From Octopus vulgaris (lineage: Eukaryota), in contig OX597834.1 of NCBI GenBank assembly GCA_951406725.2, positions 16,802,001 to 16,866,000 on the forward strand: a DNA stretch of 64,000 bases. The letters run 5' to 3'. Positions 62,610-64,000 of this stretch are shown one piece after another; positions within the stretch are counted from its first letter, which is position 1; each line of letters starts with the position of its first letter. Position numbers and translations under genes: made by a program. Below the pieces are notes generated by a model, which was not told the DNA's origin, searched no databases, and saw only the letters and a list, made by a program, of their open reading frames with translations.

Positions 62610-63069
62610 TTTATTTCTTTACTACCCACAAGGGGCTAAACACAGAGAGGACAAACAAGGACAGACAAACGGATTCAGTCCATTACATCGACCCCAGTGC
62701 ATAACTGGTACTTAATTTATCGACCCGAGAAGGATGAAAGGCAAAGTCGACCTCGGCGGAATTTGAACTCAGAACGTAACGGCAGACGAAATACAGCTAA
62801 GCATTTCGCCTGGGGTGCTAACGTTTCTGCCAGCTCGCCGCCTTAATAAATATATATTTCTTTATTGCCCACAAGGGGCTAAACACGGAGAGGACAAACG
62901 GATTCAGTCCATTACATCGACCCCACGTTAACTGGTACTTAATTTATCGACCCCGAAAGGATGAAAGGCAAAGTCGACCTTGGCGGGATTTGAACTCAGA
63001 ACGTAACGGCAGACGAACTACAGCTAAGCATTTCGCCCGGGGTGCTAACGTTTCTGCCAGCTTGCCGCC
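62610..63069 (-). mobile_element. Head-to-tail dimer of Meta-domain SINE
   Basis: Two full copies bounded by TTGATACATA at 62600-62609 and 63070-63079. Confidence 0.85.
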
Positions 63070-64000
63070 TTGATACATACTGACATACATCACAACTGTC
63101 TTCAACATTTCAAGTTTCATTTTGTATCAATATTAGTGATATCTGTTACTATGCATGTGTGCATGCCCACTTCCCCCCCCACACACACACACACACACAT
63201 TAAATTCCAATATAATCATAATTTACACTAAAGTGAACTAGTAGAAAATTTCATTGAAAAATCCGTATTTTTACAAAAGCTATAAAGAAAGAAATTCTGG
63301 GGGAAGGGGACACGTACATGACAGTCACGAACCTTTCTTCTAGCCAAGTGATTTTTGATGCTACAGTCCCCTACTATAATGAGGCACTAGCTGCTAGCTA
63401 TATGCCAGGCCCTAACACCTACAGAAGGAAGAATGGCAGAAATATAATTTTGTTTGCCCCGCTCCTCCGTCAACATAGAAATGTGTGTAGTTAGGATATT
63501 CCTTAGGGTAGCAGATATGGACATATTCATACGGCACAGAATGTTTTTACCTCAATAGACGTCATTGATTGGTTGAAATTGAAGAAGAAAAACAACAAAT
63601 ATCTTACAAACTATAGAATTTTCTCAATAAAGCCAAGAGAAAAAGATGTTTTATAAACACATTCTACCAGTATACAAAGTTTAAAATTTCTTAGTTACCT
63701 AGAAATTATGTTTAAAAACTGCCATTCAAACTGAAAACATCTGTTATCAGTGAAGTATAGAGTTCGCATGAGACTCGTTGACGTAATTTTAATAACACAT
63801 CTACATGTTCATGTAGGTAGGGATACATATTCAACAGACACAACCGAAGGGTTTCTTGTAGCTGCGCCCCTAATATTAAGAACATTCAAGGCCATGAACG
63901 GAGGTGGGATGCTCGTTCAGGCACCACAACAGAAGCCCAGTGGGAGGTCATTGTGAAACCAAGGGAGTCATCTATGAAGCTGAGGTGGTAGGAGCGACAG

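Overview
Eukaryotic, AT-rich, repeat-dense DNA, very likely Octopus (inferred from the SINE/RTE families and KRAB-less C2H2 genes). The window is part of a tandem C2H2 zinc-finger (ZNF) gene cluster. It holds six ORFs with intact finger arrays (ZNF-A on the minus strand, ~21 fingers; ZNF-B to F on the plus strand, 10-13 fingers), one decapitated pseudogene and one disrupted minus-strand paralog (ZNF-psi1). All seven 5'-complete units share the same inferred layout: a short non-coding exon 1 ending ...GAG|GT, a 1.3-2.5 kb intron, and a last exon carrying the whole CDS. Four units also share an NRF1-like+ETS motif upstream of exon 1. The most unusual locus is 14.1-18.75 kb. An hAT element with an intact 510-aa BED/DDE transposase sits in sense orientation inside the 5'UTR exon of ZNF-psi1, whose finger array has been deleted. 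The element has lost its 5' TIR, and its 3' TIR/host junction is amplified four times directly upstream of the ZNF-A promoter. The rest is interspersed repeat: three tRNA-SINE families, RTE/CR1/Tx1 LINE fragments, five non-autonomous Helitrons, and hAT, piggyBac, Merlin-like and Tc1 remnants. Coordinates were read by eye; repeat boundaries are approximate and family names come from recognition, not database searches.
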